Positions 1 through 9,740 of a stretch of DNA of 64,000 bases are shown piece by piece. Position 1 is the stretch's first letter. Each line of letters opens with the position of its first letter. The position numbers were made by a program, and so were the translations under genes. This DNA comes from an uncultured Eubacteriales bacterium (GTDB taxonomy: Bacteria; Bacillota; Clostridia; Oscillospirales; Oscillospiraceae): NCBI GenBank assembly GCA_942492735.1, contig OW818648.1:2245591-2309590 (forward strand), read 5' to 3'. The notes beneath the pieces were generated by a model. That model was given only the letters and a program-made list of their open reading frames with translations, ran no database searches and was not told the origin of the DNA.

Positions 1-836
1 ATACGGACAAAAAACATGGCAACGTGACAGCCATCATGACGGGTCGCCAAAATTCCTGCGAGCAGTCCGTGTAAAAACGCGCCGTAAAAGGTGAGACTGT
101 CGACAAAATCCTTATCATCAAGGTACTCCCTGAATTTAATGATGCCTTCCGGTAAGTAATCGGGCGCTTCAAATTCAACAAACGTATCCCAAACGAGACG
201 AAGTGCCTCCGGAATTTCTGTTGGTTCGAGGCTTCTTGTTATAATGCTGTCTTTATATCGGTCGATAAACGGCTTTGCGACGACGAGGATATCCTCCTTG
301 CCGATGTACTTTTGGCCTTCAAAGTCAAGCCGGACGATATAAGGCATGAAATCGATGATGCGTTTGAATTCCTCAAAACCGCAGCTTGGATCGAAATAGT
401 TGAGGATTGTACCGAGGGCGGTCCCGTGCGTACCGATGACGATGTTCTCTAGCGGGTTGTCGTTCAGTAAAAGCTCAAGCACCGCTTCCGCGTTGCGCTG
501 TTGGACCATATCCAGTGATTCGCCGCCGTCTTCATGATATGCAAAGTCATTCCAGCGTTTTTTGATGATCTCCCACGAATTCGGCAGATTGCCGCGCTCG
601 CGCTCCCTGAGCCGTTCGTCAGTCGCTATACCCAGAGCGTGATCCTCAGCGCTTGACCGAATTGTATCGACACTTCTTTTATAAGGGCTTGATATAAACC
701 GGTTGATCGGAATCCCGTGAAGCGCGCTCGTTACCATACTGCAATCGGCTGAACCGGCAGACGATAATGGACGCGTTCTGTCATCCTCGCGGCTAAAATC
801 CGGCTCCGCGTGCCGAACGAAATACAAATGTTTCAT
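1..836 (-). CDS. Histidine phosphatase family protein (phosphoglycerate-mutase-like fold) with an extra C-terminal domain. Partial: the 3' end runs off the window start.
   Basis: Translating the minus strand from the ATG at 836 gives MKHLYFVRHAEPDF..., i.e. the RHxE catalytic motif of histidine phosphatases. The frame stays open to position 1. It is missing from the ORF track only because no stop codon lies inside the window. Confidence 0.55.
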   Translation of the reverse strand, partial: MKHLYFVRHAEPDFSREDDRTRPLSSAGSADCSMVTSALHGIPINRFISSPYKRSVDTIRSSAEDHALGIATDERLRERERGNLPNSWEIIKKRWNDFAYHEDGGESLDMVQQRNAEAVLELLLNDNPLENIVIGTHGTALGTILNYFDPSCGFEEFKRIIDFMPYIVRLDFEGQKYIGKEDILVVAKPFIDRYKDSIITRSLEPTEIPEALRLVWDTFVEFEAPDYLPEGIIKFREYLDDKDFVDSLTFYGAFLHGLLAGILATRHDGCHVAMFFVR

Positions 837-867
837 CAGGCTGATCCTTTCTGAAATTCTTATATGC

Positions 868-1518
868 TTACCCCAATAAAAGCGTCTCAATATCCGAAAC
901 GTTCTCGGCAATAAAATCTGCACCGGCCTCTTCAAGCTCGAGCCTGCTGCCGTAGCCGAACAACACACCGATCGAGGCGATACCGGATTTTTTGGCACCG
1001 AGGATATCATGCTCACGGTCACCGATCATGATAGCTGACGATAAATCTGTAACGCCGCTCATGTTAAGAACGTACTGGATGACCTCAGCTTTGTTGACGC
1101 GTGTGCCGTCTAGCTCGCTGCCGCCTATAAAGGTGAAGTATTTCGCCAAATCAAAGTGTTCCAGTACTCGTTCTGCAAAGACCTCCGGCTTTGAGGTTGC
1201 GACGACAAGTGTTTTTTTCTTGTTTTCCAAAGCAGCCAGCAGTGCGTCAATCCCAGCATAAACCGCGTTCTCGAAGATGCCGGTCACGCTGTAGTGTTCG
1301 CGATAGTATGCAACAGCCTTCTTGGCCTCTGCCTCGGAGAATCCGTAAAACCGTTCAAAAGACTCCCACAGCGGCGGACCGATGAACTTGAAGAGATCGC
1401 TTCTGTTATCCACAGTAATGCCGTATTTGCCGAGTGCGTACATTACTGAATTGGTGATGCCTATACCGGGGTCAGTTAAAGTCCCGTCGAGATCGAAGAG
1501 GATGGTATTATAATACAT
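868..1518 (-). CDS. HAD-IA family hydrolase (phosphatase)
   Basis: N-terminal FDLDGTLTD motif (HAD motif I) and a C-terminal GDREHDILGA-like motif IV, in a 216-aa protein. Confidence 0.75.
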   Translation of the reverse strand: MYYNTILFDLDGTLTDPGIGITNSVMYALGKYGITVDNRSDLFKFIGPPLWESFERFYGFSEAEAKKAVAYYREHYSVTGIFENAVYAGIDALLAALENKKKTLVVATSKPEVFAERVLEHFDLAKYFTFIGGSELDGTRVNKAEVIQYVLNMSGVTDLSSAIMIGDREHDILGAKKSGIASIGVLFGYGSRLELEEAGADFIAENVSDIETLLLG

Positions 1519-1585
1519 AGTGGTTTCCTTATGTTGAAGTAGTATTCAGTATATGTTCCATTCTGTTTCGTGCCATTGATATTAT

Positions 1586-1957
1586 TTAAGTTGAAGCGGC
1601 CTGTGCGTCTCGTGACAGTTGTTTGACAAAATGCAGCAGGGAATCAGAAAGTAGCACTTTTGTCTCTTTCGGGTAATAGAAGTGGCCGGAATCCTTGGCA
1701 ATCATGATGCTGACATTTTCCATTTCACCAAAATACCGCAGTGACTTGATACTGACGGTTTCGTCGTACGCAGATTGCACGACGACAAGAGGAAGTGACA
1801 AATGACTGATGAGCCTGCGTGTGTGTCTGCTTTTGAAGAAGAGCTCTGCAAAGCGCGGCAGAGCCGTCAGATAGCTCAAGATATCGGGCGCCCGGACGCT
1901 GTTGCTGTTTTCTGCGGCAGCGCTGATTTCGATTTTGACATCTTTTTGAATGAGAGA
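1586..1957 (-). pseudogene. Remnant of an alpha/beta-hydrolase gene, carrying only the C-terminal ~125 codons
   Basis: The open frame encodes only a C-terminal hydrolase-like segment (…SIMIAKDSGHFYYPKETKVL). No in-frame ATG start exists and an in-frame stop lies about 80 nt upstream. Only about 90 nt separate it from the neighbouring gene. Confidence 0.3.
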
Positions 1958-1969
1958 GTGTTCGGTTCT

Positions 1970-3130
1970 CTATTTAATGATGGTGTTATCTGATTCTTCA
2001 TCATAAATATAAATATCATTTTTCATTACTTTAGATTGATATAACGCTTTATCGGTATTGCGTAATAACTGCGTTGTTGTCATATAACTGGTAAACCGTG
2101 CGATTCCAAAGCTCGCGCTCAGCGGCAAACCCAAAGAAAACGCCGCAGCGTATTGTCCAAAGTCTTTTTGTATATCACGGCATGTATTTAAAACGGCGTC
2201 CATTACTTGGTTCTTAAAGAGTATGCAGAATTCGTCTCCGCCAAAACGAAAAAAACCCGCATCAGCGCATTTCACTTTCAGAATACTGCCGAAATCCTTT
2301 AAGCATTTGTCACCAATATCGTGCCCTAACGTATCGTTGAGCATTTTAAAATTGTCAAGATCTATCATAACAAAGATATATGTATTGCCCTCGGCATCCT
2401 CTTCCATACTTTCAAACGCTTTCCGCAATGCTGTTCTGTTACTGATAGCAGTCAGCTCATCTGTCTGTAATTTTTGCTGCAGCTCAAATCGTTCTATTTC
2501 TTTTTGTAGGCCAGCGTCATTTTTTGCTCTTTCAAAACGGATGACTATTAAACACACGATAAAAAAGGCACATAGTATACTGATGGAGATAATAAAGTCA
2601 GATACTCCGTATTCACTGCTGAAAGTATTTGTTTTATAAGGATCCCATTTCATAAACAGCTCTGAAATAATCTTGGCAGCCATTGAAAATGCGGCTGTAA
2701 CCGTTGTCAGGACATAGTTACCATATACAACAGTCATCAAAGCGGGAAGCGTAAAAATAAGGAATAAAGAAGAATAAATACTATGAACTGAGTAAAACAC
2801 AAAACAAATTGCTACCGTAAGAAGTGAAACAGTAAAGATTTTCGTATTCTGCTGAAAAACTGACGAGCGCATGGCCCAAAATCCGATGGCAATAAAAACG
2901 GAGTTCACCATAAGAGGACACAGGATATACTTCATAATGTATTTTTGTAATGCCAGCTCAATATTCCCTGTATTGTAGAGTGCAATGCCTAATATACATT
3001 CGATTAGAAATGCGAATAGCACAAGTCCGGCAGAAGTGTTGAAATGCAGTTTAAGCCACCGGGTATTGATCTTGTTATATTCATTTTCTATTTCAATGGC
3101 ATATGTATTTTCTTTCATTATTTTCCTCAA
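1970..3130 (-). CDS. Membrane-anchored diguanylate cyclase (GGDEF domain)
   Basis: About 200 aa of multi-pass membrane helices followed by a GGDEF domain with an intact RFGGDEF active-site motif. Confidence 0.8.
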   Translation of the reverse strand: MRKIMKENTYAIEIENEYNKINTRWLKLHFNTSAGLVLFAFLIECILGIALYNTGNIELALQKYIMKYILCPLMVNSVFIAIGFWAMRSSVFQQNTKIFTVSLLTVAICFVFYSVHSIYSSLFLIFTLPALMTVVYGNYVLTTVTAAFSMAAKIISELFMKWDPYKTNTFSSEYGVSDFIISISILCAFFIVCLIVIRFERAKNDAGLQKEIERFELQQKLQTDELTAISNRTALRKAFESMEEDAEGNTYIFVMIDLDNFKMLNDTLGHDIGDKCLKDFGSILKVKCADAGFFRFGGDEFCILFKNQVMDAVLNTCRDIQKDFGQYAAAFSLGLPLSASFGIARFTSYMTTTQLLRNTDKALYQSKVMKNDIYIYDEESDNTIIK

Positions 3131-3263
3131 TTACAAAAGAATTGAATGCTGAATACGCATTAAAATATAACATTGATGGGTCATAAAGTCCAGCAAAAGA
3201 GCATCATCATCGATGATGCTCTTTAAATAATGTACATGAATTTATTGGGTTCTTCAAACAACG

Positions 3264-4079
3264 TTATTCTTCGACGAATTGTACCAGTTCCTTGTTGAAG
3301 CGTTCACGTTGATCATAGAAAAGGAAGTGGCCGCACTCTTCAAGCGGTACAAGCTTGGCATCTTTGATGCTGTCCCTTTGGGCGATTGCAAGAGGGAAGG
3401 GACAAACCTTATCATTGACGCCGTGAAGAATCAAAGTCGGAACACTGATCGTTTTAAGATCGTAAAACAATGCTTCTTCGTAAAGCCAGGTGTTGGCGAT
3501 TGCCGCGGTAGCCCAACCCGAGGCCTGCAGACCCAGCCCGAAGATCCAGTCGGACAAAGCCTCAGTGACCTGATGATAGAATATCATGTTGCCAAAGCCT
3601 CTGAGCATATTGGGCCGGTCGGTATATGTACCGTTGATAATATCGATGACAACCTGTCTTGGCTGTCCATACGGAAAGTACGGGCGCTGTATAAGACTGG
3701 GTGCCGCCGCGGCGAAAAGCGCAAGCTTCGAAACCCCATACCCATTATGCCTTGCCATGTAGCGGACAACAATTGCGCCTCCCGTTGAATGCCCGCATAG
3801 TGTAAAATTATTCAGCTGCATCACATTAACAACAATGCGGAGATCGTCTGCCAGCCTGTTGTAATCGTATCCACCCCATGGCTTGTCTGAAAGCCCGAAA
3901 CCCCTGTAATCTATGCCGATGCATCGATATCCCATTTTCGGCAGCTGCTCAAACTGGTATTCAAACAGATTGTGGTCTCCGGGCCAGCCGTGGACAAACA
4001 GAATTATCTTGTTTCCGGTAGGGTTCAGGTCTTCCACGAATATTTTCACATTTGGTTCAACATTGATATAAAATCCCAC
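3264..4079 (-). CDS. Alpha/beta hydrolase fold protein (esterase or haloperoxidase-like)
   Basis: HGWPG oxyanion-hole region and a GHSTGG nucleophile elbow, in a 271-aa protein. Confidence 0.75.
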   Translation of the reverse strand: MGFYINVEPNVKIFVEDLNPTGNKIILFVHGWPGDHNLFEYQFEQLPKMGYRCIGIDYRGFGLSDKPWGGYDYNRLADDLRIVVNVMQLNNFTLCGHSTGGAIVVRYMARHNGYGVSKLALFAAAAPSLIQRPYFPYGQPRQVVIDIINGTYTDRPNMLRGFGNMIFYHQVTEALSDWIFGLGLQASGWATAAIANTWLYEEALFYDLKTISVPTLILHGVNDKVCPFPLAIAQRDSIKDAKLVPLEECGHFLFYDQRERFNKELVQFVEE

Positions 4080-4170
4080 ATAAACACCTCCAATGATAGT
4101 AATAAGCTATTCATAGGAGAGTGGTTATATGATGATTTCACTTGGCATCTCACGATATGTGTATATTTAG

Positions 4171-5226
4171 TCAATAAGGATGGAGTCCGTATCTTGTCAG
4201 ACCGGCAGATTCCTTGAGGCCGAACATCAGGTTCATATTCTGGACGGCGGCGTGCGCGCCGCCCTTGCCGATACTGTCCAGCGCGCTGAAAACGACAATC
4301 CGACCCCGCTGAACGTCGATGTCCAGGCCGATATGGCAGTAATTCGTCCCGGAGACGGCGGATGTCCACGGGTAAGGCTGGTATTGCCAGGAAGCGTCCG
4401 TTTCGTACGGCAGGTCGATGATTTTTATGAACTTCTCATCCTTGTAAAACGCCTTATATAGATCCAGCAGATCCGCGCGGGTGAGCTTTTTTGCGGGGAA
4501 GCAGTGACAGATATCGAGGATGCCCCGGGTTATTGGAACATATGTTGTGGTAAAATGAGCTGAGACGGCGCCGATCGCCAGATTTCCCAATTCCTGCTCG
4601 ATTTCATATGTATGGCGGTGATTGACCACGTTATACGGCACAAGATTGTTGCCGATTTCGGGGTGATGGATCGCCCGGTCCGTCTCCGCACCGGCACCGG
4701 CCGTGCCGGAAAGCCCATCCACGATGATTTTCGTACAGTCAATCAAATCGTTTTTCACAAGTGGCGCAAGCCCGAGAATCGCGGCGGAGGAGAAGCAGCC
4801 GGGATTTGCAATAACCCTTGCCCTTTTTATATCTTCACGATGAAGCTCGGGTATGCCATATACAGCTTCCTCCGCCAACGTCCAGTTTTCATGCGCCTTG
4901 TTATAGACTTGCTCCCAGACAGCTCTGTCCTTCAACCGGAAATCCGCGCCGAGGTCGATGATTTTTGTTCCATTTTCAATCAATGATCCGGCAAGCGTCA
5001 TGATCTGCCCGGAAGGCAGCGCAGAAAAAATCACATCGCACGGCGTAATATCCTCCGGCTTAATAAAGCGAAGACCGGCACCGACAAAATTCTTGTGATA
5101 GTATTCAACGGATTTATCGCCCCGGCTTGTCAGCCATGCGATTTCCGCGTCGGGATGCTCCAGCAATACGCGTACCGCCTCGCCGCCCATATAACCCGAA
5201 GCCCCTAAAATCCCGACTTTGATCAT
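4171..5226 (-). CDS. argC: N-acetyl-gamma-glutamyl-phosphate reductase-like (ArgC/LysY family) semialdehyde dehydrogenase
   Basis: MIKVGILGASGYMGGE Rossmann N-terminus and an NPGCFSS catalytic-Cys region typical of ArgC/LysY. I placed the start at the ATG at 5226, which has an AAGGAG ribosome-binding site 8 nt upstream; the track's GTG at 5235 has no spacer. Confidence 0.6.
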   Translation of the reverse strand: MIKVGILGASGYMGGEAVRVLLEHPDAEIAWLTSRGDKSVEYYHKNFVGAGLRFIKPEDITPCDVIFSALPSGQIMTLAGSLIENGTKIIDLGADFRLKDRAVWEQVYNKAHENWTLAEEAVYGIPELHREDIKRARVIANPGCFSSAAILGLAPLVKNDLIDCTKIIVDGLSGTAGAGAETDRAIHHPEIGNNLVPYNVVNHRHTYEIEQELGNLAIGAVSAHFTTTYVPITRGILDICHCFPAKKLTRADLLDLYKAFYKDEKFIKIIDLPYETDASWQYQPYPWTSAVSGTNYCHIGLDIDVQRGRIVVFSALDSIGKGGAHAAVQNMNLMFGLKESAGLTRYGLHPY

Positions 5227-5420
5227 GATGTTCACTCCTTACACGCTGGTTTTATAGAAATCCTGTCATAAAGTTTTGCAGCTTCACGATACGAAAAGGC
5301 TAAAAATTCTTCCGGCTTTTTATATCTCGAATGCGCCGTCATGATTTCCATCAGGAGAGGGAATTTTATCTGAGCCTGACACAGCAGGGCGTAGATTAAG
5401 AGAATAACATGGTCCGCGCT

Positions 5421-5486
5421 GTCATTCCCGCGAAGGCGGGAATCCACGTACCTGGGAGACTGGATTCCCGCCTACGCGGGAATGAC
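5421..5486. repeat. 66-bp near-perfect palindromic intergenic element (family 1, attcccgcgaaggcgggaat-type)
   Basis: gtcattcccgcgaaggcgggaatcc…ggattcccgcctacgcgggaatgac: two stem-loops that are themselves inverted copies of each other. Its translation gives the spurious ORF 5232..5447 (MDSRLRGNDS…). Confidence 0.7.
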
Positions 5487-5727
5487 AAGTAACGCAGGAT
5501 ACAAGAAACGCAGGATATGCTGATAACTTGTTGCGTTTATGGAAGAACAGTATCACACCGACATTGAGAACGCCGCCGGTCGGTTAATACAAAAAATTGT
5601 AAATTAATGATATAACAGAATGCGGGTGAAGTAAAGCCGAAAAAAGAGCATACCGCAGTACTTGACGAATACACAGTATCGCTATAGAGTGAAGTTATAA
5701 TAATAAATCACACGGGAGGCGTAACTT

Positions 5728-6690
5728 GTGAAGCATAAATATCTGATCAACCTGCTGGACCCGGCGGATTATTTAAGTGTCAGTCAGATGTTCAACCCGG
5801 AAACAGGCGCTTTGGAGGAGGATCAGCGCATCATCAGCCTACCTGAGGGCCCGCATATGATGTTCGACATCGTGGACACCATCATGTACGGTACGGCGCG
5901 GTACCACGAGCATTCCGTCGGTTGGGAGACGTTTTTCATCACGTCGGGCTGCTGCGACCTGACAATCCGCGGCAAGACCTGCCGCCTTGTGCCGGGCGAC
6001 ATCATCCACGTCCAGCCTTGGATGGGACATCAAATGTCCTTTCCCGAGCCCACCGTCTATAGGGGGATTTTCCACGACATCAACATGTCCGGAACACTCA
6101 AAGGCTTGGCGTACATACGCGAGGTCAATCCAAAGCAGCTTGAGGGTCTTGCGGCTTTGCAGCGGTATTTGATGCGGGCTGACAATATTATCAGGGAGAC
6201 ACCGGTCAGCGTCGTCGTCCCGGCGTCAGAGGTCCCGGAAGCGCGCACGCCTGATAACCCGCTGCGTGTCTTTGCGTTCGAGGGCATCACCCTGAAGCAG
6301 TATACAGGCCGCTGGGAGAATAACGGCCTCACCGAGCTGTGGAAGGCCGAAATGGAGGATGGCTTCACGGCCCGATTCTTCGAGGATGATCCGAATACGG
6401 ATATGTTCTACATCACCGAGGGCAATGTTAAGTTCAGTGTCGCAGGTGAAGAGTTCGTCGCTACACATGACTGCCTTGTCAAGATCCCCGGTTACGCACC
6501 ACGTTCTTTCACCGCGCAGGGAAAAGCTGTCATGTATGATCTGGCAGGGATAACGCACTGGCTCGACTTCCTGGAGGATTATACTTCGATACGGATAAAT
6601 GACCCGGAGCGTCATATGAACAAAGACGCCATGGCCGCGCTGAAAGCCAAGTATAATTGCCAGGTGGAATCCGCCGGTATTTCACGGTAA
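5728..6690 (+). CDS. Bicupin (double cupin barrel) protein of unknown function
   Basis: Two cupin-like regions (GDIIHVQPWMGHQ and HDCLVKIPGYAPRSF). GTG start with a GGGAGG ribosome-binding site 8 nt upstream. Confidence 0.55.
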   Translation: MKHKYLINLLDPADYLSVSQMFNPETGALEEDQRIISLPEGPHMMFDIVDTIMYGTARYHEHSVGWETFFITSGCCDLTIRGKTCRLVPGDIIHVQPWMGHQMSFPEPTVYRGIFHDINMSGTLKGLAYIREVNPKQLEGLAALQRYLMRADNIIRETPVSVVVPASEVPEARTPDNPLRVFAFEGITLKQYTGRWENNGLTELWKAEMEDGFTARFFEDDPNTDMFYITEGNVKFSVAGEEFVATHDCLVKIPGYAPRSFTAQGKAVMYDLAGITHWLDFLEDYTSIRINDPERHMNKDAMAALKAKYNCQVESAGISR

Positions 6691-6754
6691 ATAATCGAAG
6701 AGGCCGGGTGCCATAATGCGCGCCCGGTCTCTTGCTGTATTGTTCGATATGGGT

Positions 6755-7279
6755 TCATTCAGGGATTTCAAACGATGTCGGGTCGCTGTCCTTCGGGTGC
6801 AGTGCCCATAATTCGCTGTCGTCTTCAAAACCGGCAATGTCCGCCAGCTTCATTTTCATGTATTTTGCCACAGCAGTTAAGGCGGTGCTGCCGTCCGGCA
6901 GGATAATCTTTCCCTCTCCGGTGAAAAGACGGCTTCTATTTTCGGTAATCCTCCCAGTGATCAATAGCGGCACATCGTACGGAAGGGGCTTTTTGTACCT
7001 TGTTGAGATTTCTACCGTCACACCCCATGTCTCAGGTTCGGTTATATTAATTGCTCGGCCGATTGTTTCATCGATGAGCGCCGCACCGACGCCGCCATGA
7101 ACTCTGCCCGGATAGCTTTGATGGTATTCACGCGCGATAGCCGTCGCTGTGATTGTTCCATCCTCCAGCTCGTAAAACTCGGTGTGCAGCCCTGCATTGT
7201 TGTCAATACCGCAGACAAAGCACAACCTGGAATTGTTTTGTTTTCTGATAACCTTCTTAATCATATGTTCCCCCGACAA
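6755..7279 (-). CDS. PaaI/YbgC-type hotdog-fold acyl-CoA thioesterase
   Basis: NAGLHTEFYELEDG…HGGVGAALIDETIGRA signature of PaaI-family thioesterases. Confidence 0.75.
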   Translation of the reverse strand: MSGEHMIKKVIRKQNNSRLCFVCGIDNNAGLHTEFYELEDGTITATAIAREYHQSYPGRVHGGVGAALIDETIGRAINITEPETWGVTVEISTRYKKPLPYDVPLLITGRITENRSRLFTGEGKIILPDGSTALTAVAKYMKMKLADIAGFEDDSELWALHPKDSDPTSFEIPE

Positions 7280-7402
7280 ACAGCGTTAGGACCGAGCAGC
7301 GTTAGGACCGACACGGGGGTCGGTCCCTACAATATTATGAGGCGATATGACCCATTCAGTAATATAGCACTAACGGTTCGTACTGTCCACAAATTTCCAA
7401 AG

Positions 7403-7440
7403 CAACGGGCGTCATCTTTTGACGACGCCCGTTGTTAATT
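7403..7440. terminator. GC-rich hairpin with flanking A/T tracts, immediately downstream of the 7443..8534 gene
   Basis: caacgggcgtc…gacgcccgttg forms an 11-14 bp stem, followed by ttaattgttta. Confidence 0.45.
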
Positions 7441-7442
7441 GT

Positions 7443-8534
7443 TTACTTTATAAGGTTTATCGCGTCGGCAATGATCTGGGCCAGAGCGGTCGCGCCGGCT
7501 TTGTTCGGATGAACACCGTCACTGTAAAAATAACTGCTTTTATTAATACTGGCGCTGTACCAATCCGCTATGATTGTGTTGGTGTAATCCAAGCATACCT
7601 TTGACAGTGTGGCGTTATTACCTGCGCACCATGATCTGGGTAACTGGACGTTGACAAATACGATTTTTCTTTCGCTGCCGATCAGCTCTATAACCTTGCG
7701 CATATCAGATTCTCTGATGGTGCCGTTCGCGCCAAGCTCTATGACAACAACAGGACCCAGCTTGCCTGCCTGAAGTAATTGCGGAACAATACTTTTGGCA
7801 TCGGAGAACTGTCTGGATACTTTCGAATCGGAATAGAGGTTTGGGAAATGCATTTTTAAGTACGGTGTTAAGCCGACACCGATGGAGTCGCCGATGAGTG
7901 TCACGTTCAAATCGCCCGGTGTGCTTGTAGATGGAACAGGTGTGTAGACTATTGAGGTGTTGATTTCAATAGTGTCGTTCTCCGGGACATACGTGACGCC
8001 AAAATTGACGGCTGCGGCAATGTCACGGAGCTTTATGTAGTTAGACTCACCAATAAGATAAGCCGTCAGGGTGAGCTTTGTACCATTGAGATAAACGACA
8101 CATGGCGTTGTTGTTGCCGCAACATTTTCTGTTAATCCGGACACAAGCATCTCGCCTCCGGACGCGGTGTACGCCGTATTGGAGATTAAGTCTACCTGTT
8201 TTGTCAGATCGTCATAAGTCACCTCAAACTGTTTATCGGTGCCGATGAGTGCGTACGCGATGTCACGCAGCTTGAAATAGTTGTTGCCGTTGATGCAGTA
8301 GGCTTCAAACTCTGTCTGGGTGCTGTTGATGAGCACCGCTGACTGCGTCGGTGCCGCATTCGTGGCCGCGGCTGATGCGGGCAGAACGAGAATTGATACC
8401 AGCAGGATTATAGCGATAAGTAGGTATATAAGCTGTTTAACGGTTTTCATTGGTTTGTCCTCCAATTGTGCTGTGTTTGGTATGGAACCCATCGTATGGC
8501 ACAGCATTTTTGGCATTTGAATTCCTTGAATCAT
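7443..8534 (-). CDS. Secreted SGNH/GDSL hydrolase with two copper-amine-oxidase-like N-terminal domains (putative cell-wall esterase or acetyltransferase)
   Basis: Signal peptide, then two NGNNYFKLRDIAYAL-type repeats, then an SGNH domain with GDS(I), GxNG/GANG and DGVHPN blocks. Its SGNH domain is clearly similar (estimated by eye 60-70% identical, not computed) to those of the next two genes. Confidence 0.7.
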   Translation of the reverse strand: MIQGIQMPKMLCHTMGSIPNTAQLEDKPMKTVKQLIYLLIAIILLVSILVLPASAAATNAAPTQSAVLINSTQTEFEAYCINGNNYFKLRDIAYALIGTDKQFEVTYDDLTKQVDLISNTAYTASGGEMLVSGLTENVAATTTPCVVYLNGTKLTLTAYLIGESNYIKLRDIAAAVNFGVTYVPENDTIEINTSIVYTPVPSTSTPGDLNVTLIGDSIGVGLTPYLKMHFPNLYSDSKVSRQFSDAKSIVPQLLQAGKLGPVVVIELGANGTIRESDMRKVIELIGSERKIVFVNVQLPRSWCAGNNATLSKVCLDYTNTIIADWYSASINKSSYFYSDGVHPNKAGATALAQIIADAINLIK

Positions 8535-8658
8535 ATGCTTGACTGCTATTATAACAGACTGTTCTCATCGAAATATCACGAATTATGCAGACGGTGCGGG
8601 ACGGTAAGCGCTCATCCGGTATTTATGGCGCAGCTGTCTGCACGTTTACAGTTGTGCT

Positions 8659-9717
8659 TTAATGACCGTTATGAATCGGCTGATACGGACTATACGGCTG
8701 TATTGCGACAACCGCATCGGCAATGGTCTTCGCGAGAACGGTACATCCGGTATTGTTCGGATGAAAACCGTCTTTATAAAAGTATTGGTCGTTTTCAGCG
8801 CTGGCGCTGTACCAGTCTGCGATGATCGTATTGGCGAATTCTGCAACGACCTTCGTAAACGTTTTGTTGTCACCCTCACACCACGATCTCGGTACCCGGC
8901 AATTGACAAAGACGAGCTTTCTATCTTTTCCGATGAGCTCAATGAGCGCGCGCACATCGGTTTCCTTCACTGTGCCATTCGTTCCGAGTCCGATAACAAC
9001 GGTCGAGCTCAGCTTTTCTTCCTGCAGTAATTTCTCAATGATACTCTTTGCCTGATAAAACTGTCTTGAGGCTTTCGCATCGATATACATATTGGGAAAG
9101 TACTTCTTCAGATACGGCGCGACGCCGGCCCCAACCGAATCTCCGATGAAGGTGACGCTGAGATCGCACGGAAACGTGATTTCTAACGGAACAGGTGTAT
9201 AGACTGTTGCGGTGTCGATTTCTATGATGCTACTCTCCTGTATATACCTGACGTCAAAGTTGATCGCGGCGGCAATATCGCGAAGCTTTATAAAGTTGGA
9301 TTCACAGATGATATATGCTGTCAGGCTGAGCTTTACCCCGTCGAGATAAATATTAGATGACGTCGCCGTCGCGGCGACGCTCTCGGCGAATTCGGATACC
9401 TTCATCTCCGTTCCGGCCGCGGTGTAGGCCGCGTTGGAGATTAAGTCGACCTGATTATTCAAATCGCTATACGACACCTCAAACTGCTTGGCTGTACCGC
9501 TGAGCGCATAAGCGATGTCACGCAGTTTGAAATAGTTGCTGCCGTTTATGGTGTAGGCTTCGAATTCCTGCTTCACTCCGTTGATGAATACCGGAGATGC
9601 TGTCGGTGTCGCCTGAACAGCCGCGGCCTCAGCCGACTGAACAACAACGGAAAACAGCAAGGCGATGACGGTAAACATACATAGGATATTTTTTATTCGT
9701 TTCACTATTAACCTCAA
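8659..9717 (-). CDS. Secreted SGNH/GDSL hydrolase paralogue (same architecture as 7443..8534)
   Basis: Signal peptide, two copper-amine-oxidase-like repeats, then an SGNH domain with FIGDSVGAG…DGFHPN. Confidence 0.7.
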   Translation of the reverse strand: MRLIVKRIKNILCMFTVIALLFSVVVQSAEAAAVQATPTASPVFINGVKQEFEAYTINGSNYFKLRDIAYALSGTAKQFEVSYSDLNNQVDLISNAAYTAAGTEMKVSEFAESVAATATSSNIYLDGVKLSLTAYIICESNFIKLRDIAAAINFDVRYIQESSIIEIDTATVYTPVPLEITFPCDLSVTFIGDSVGAGVAPYLKKYFPNMYIDAKASRQFYQAKSIIEKLLQEEKLSSTVVIGLGTNGTVKETDVRALIELIGKDRKLVFVNCRVPRSWCEGDNKTFTKVVAEFANTIIADWYSASAENDQYFYKDGFHPNNTGCTVLAKTIADAVVAIQPYSPYQPIHNGH

Positions 9718-9740
9718 AATTTACCTCATTTATCTGGCTT

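Noticed and set aside
5232-5447. 71-aa ORF MDSRLRGNDS…
   Set aside because: It is a read-through translation of palindromic element family 1 and overlaps the argC-like start. It is not a gene.
8466-8825. 119-aa plus-strand ORF in and around the 124-bp gap between the two SGNH paralogues
   Set aside because: It overlaps both flanking minus-strand genes, has no ribosome-binding site and low-complexity content. It is most likely non-coding.
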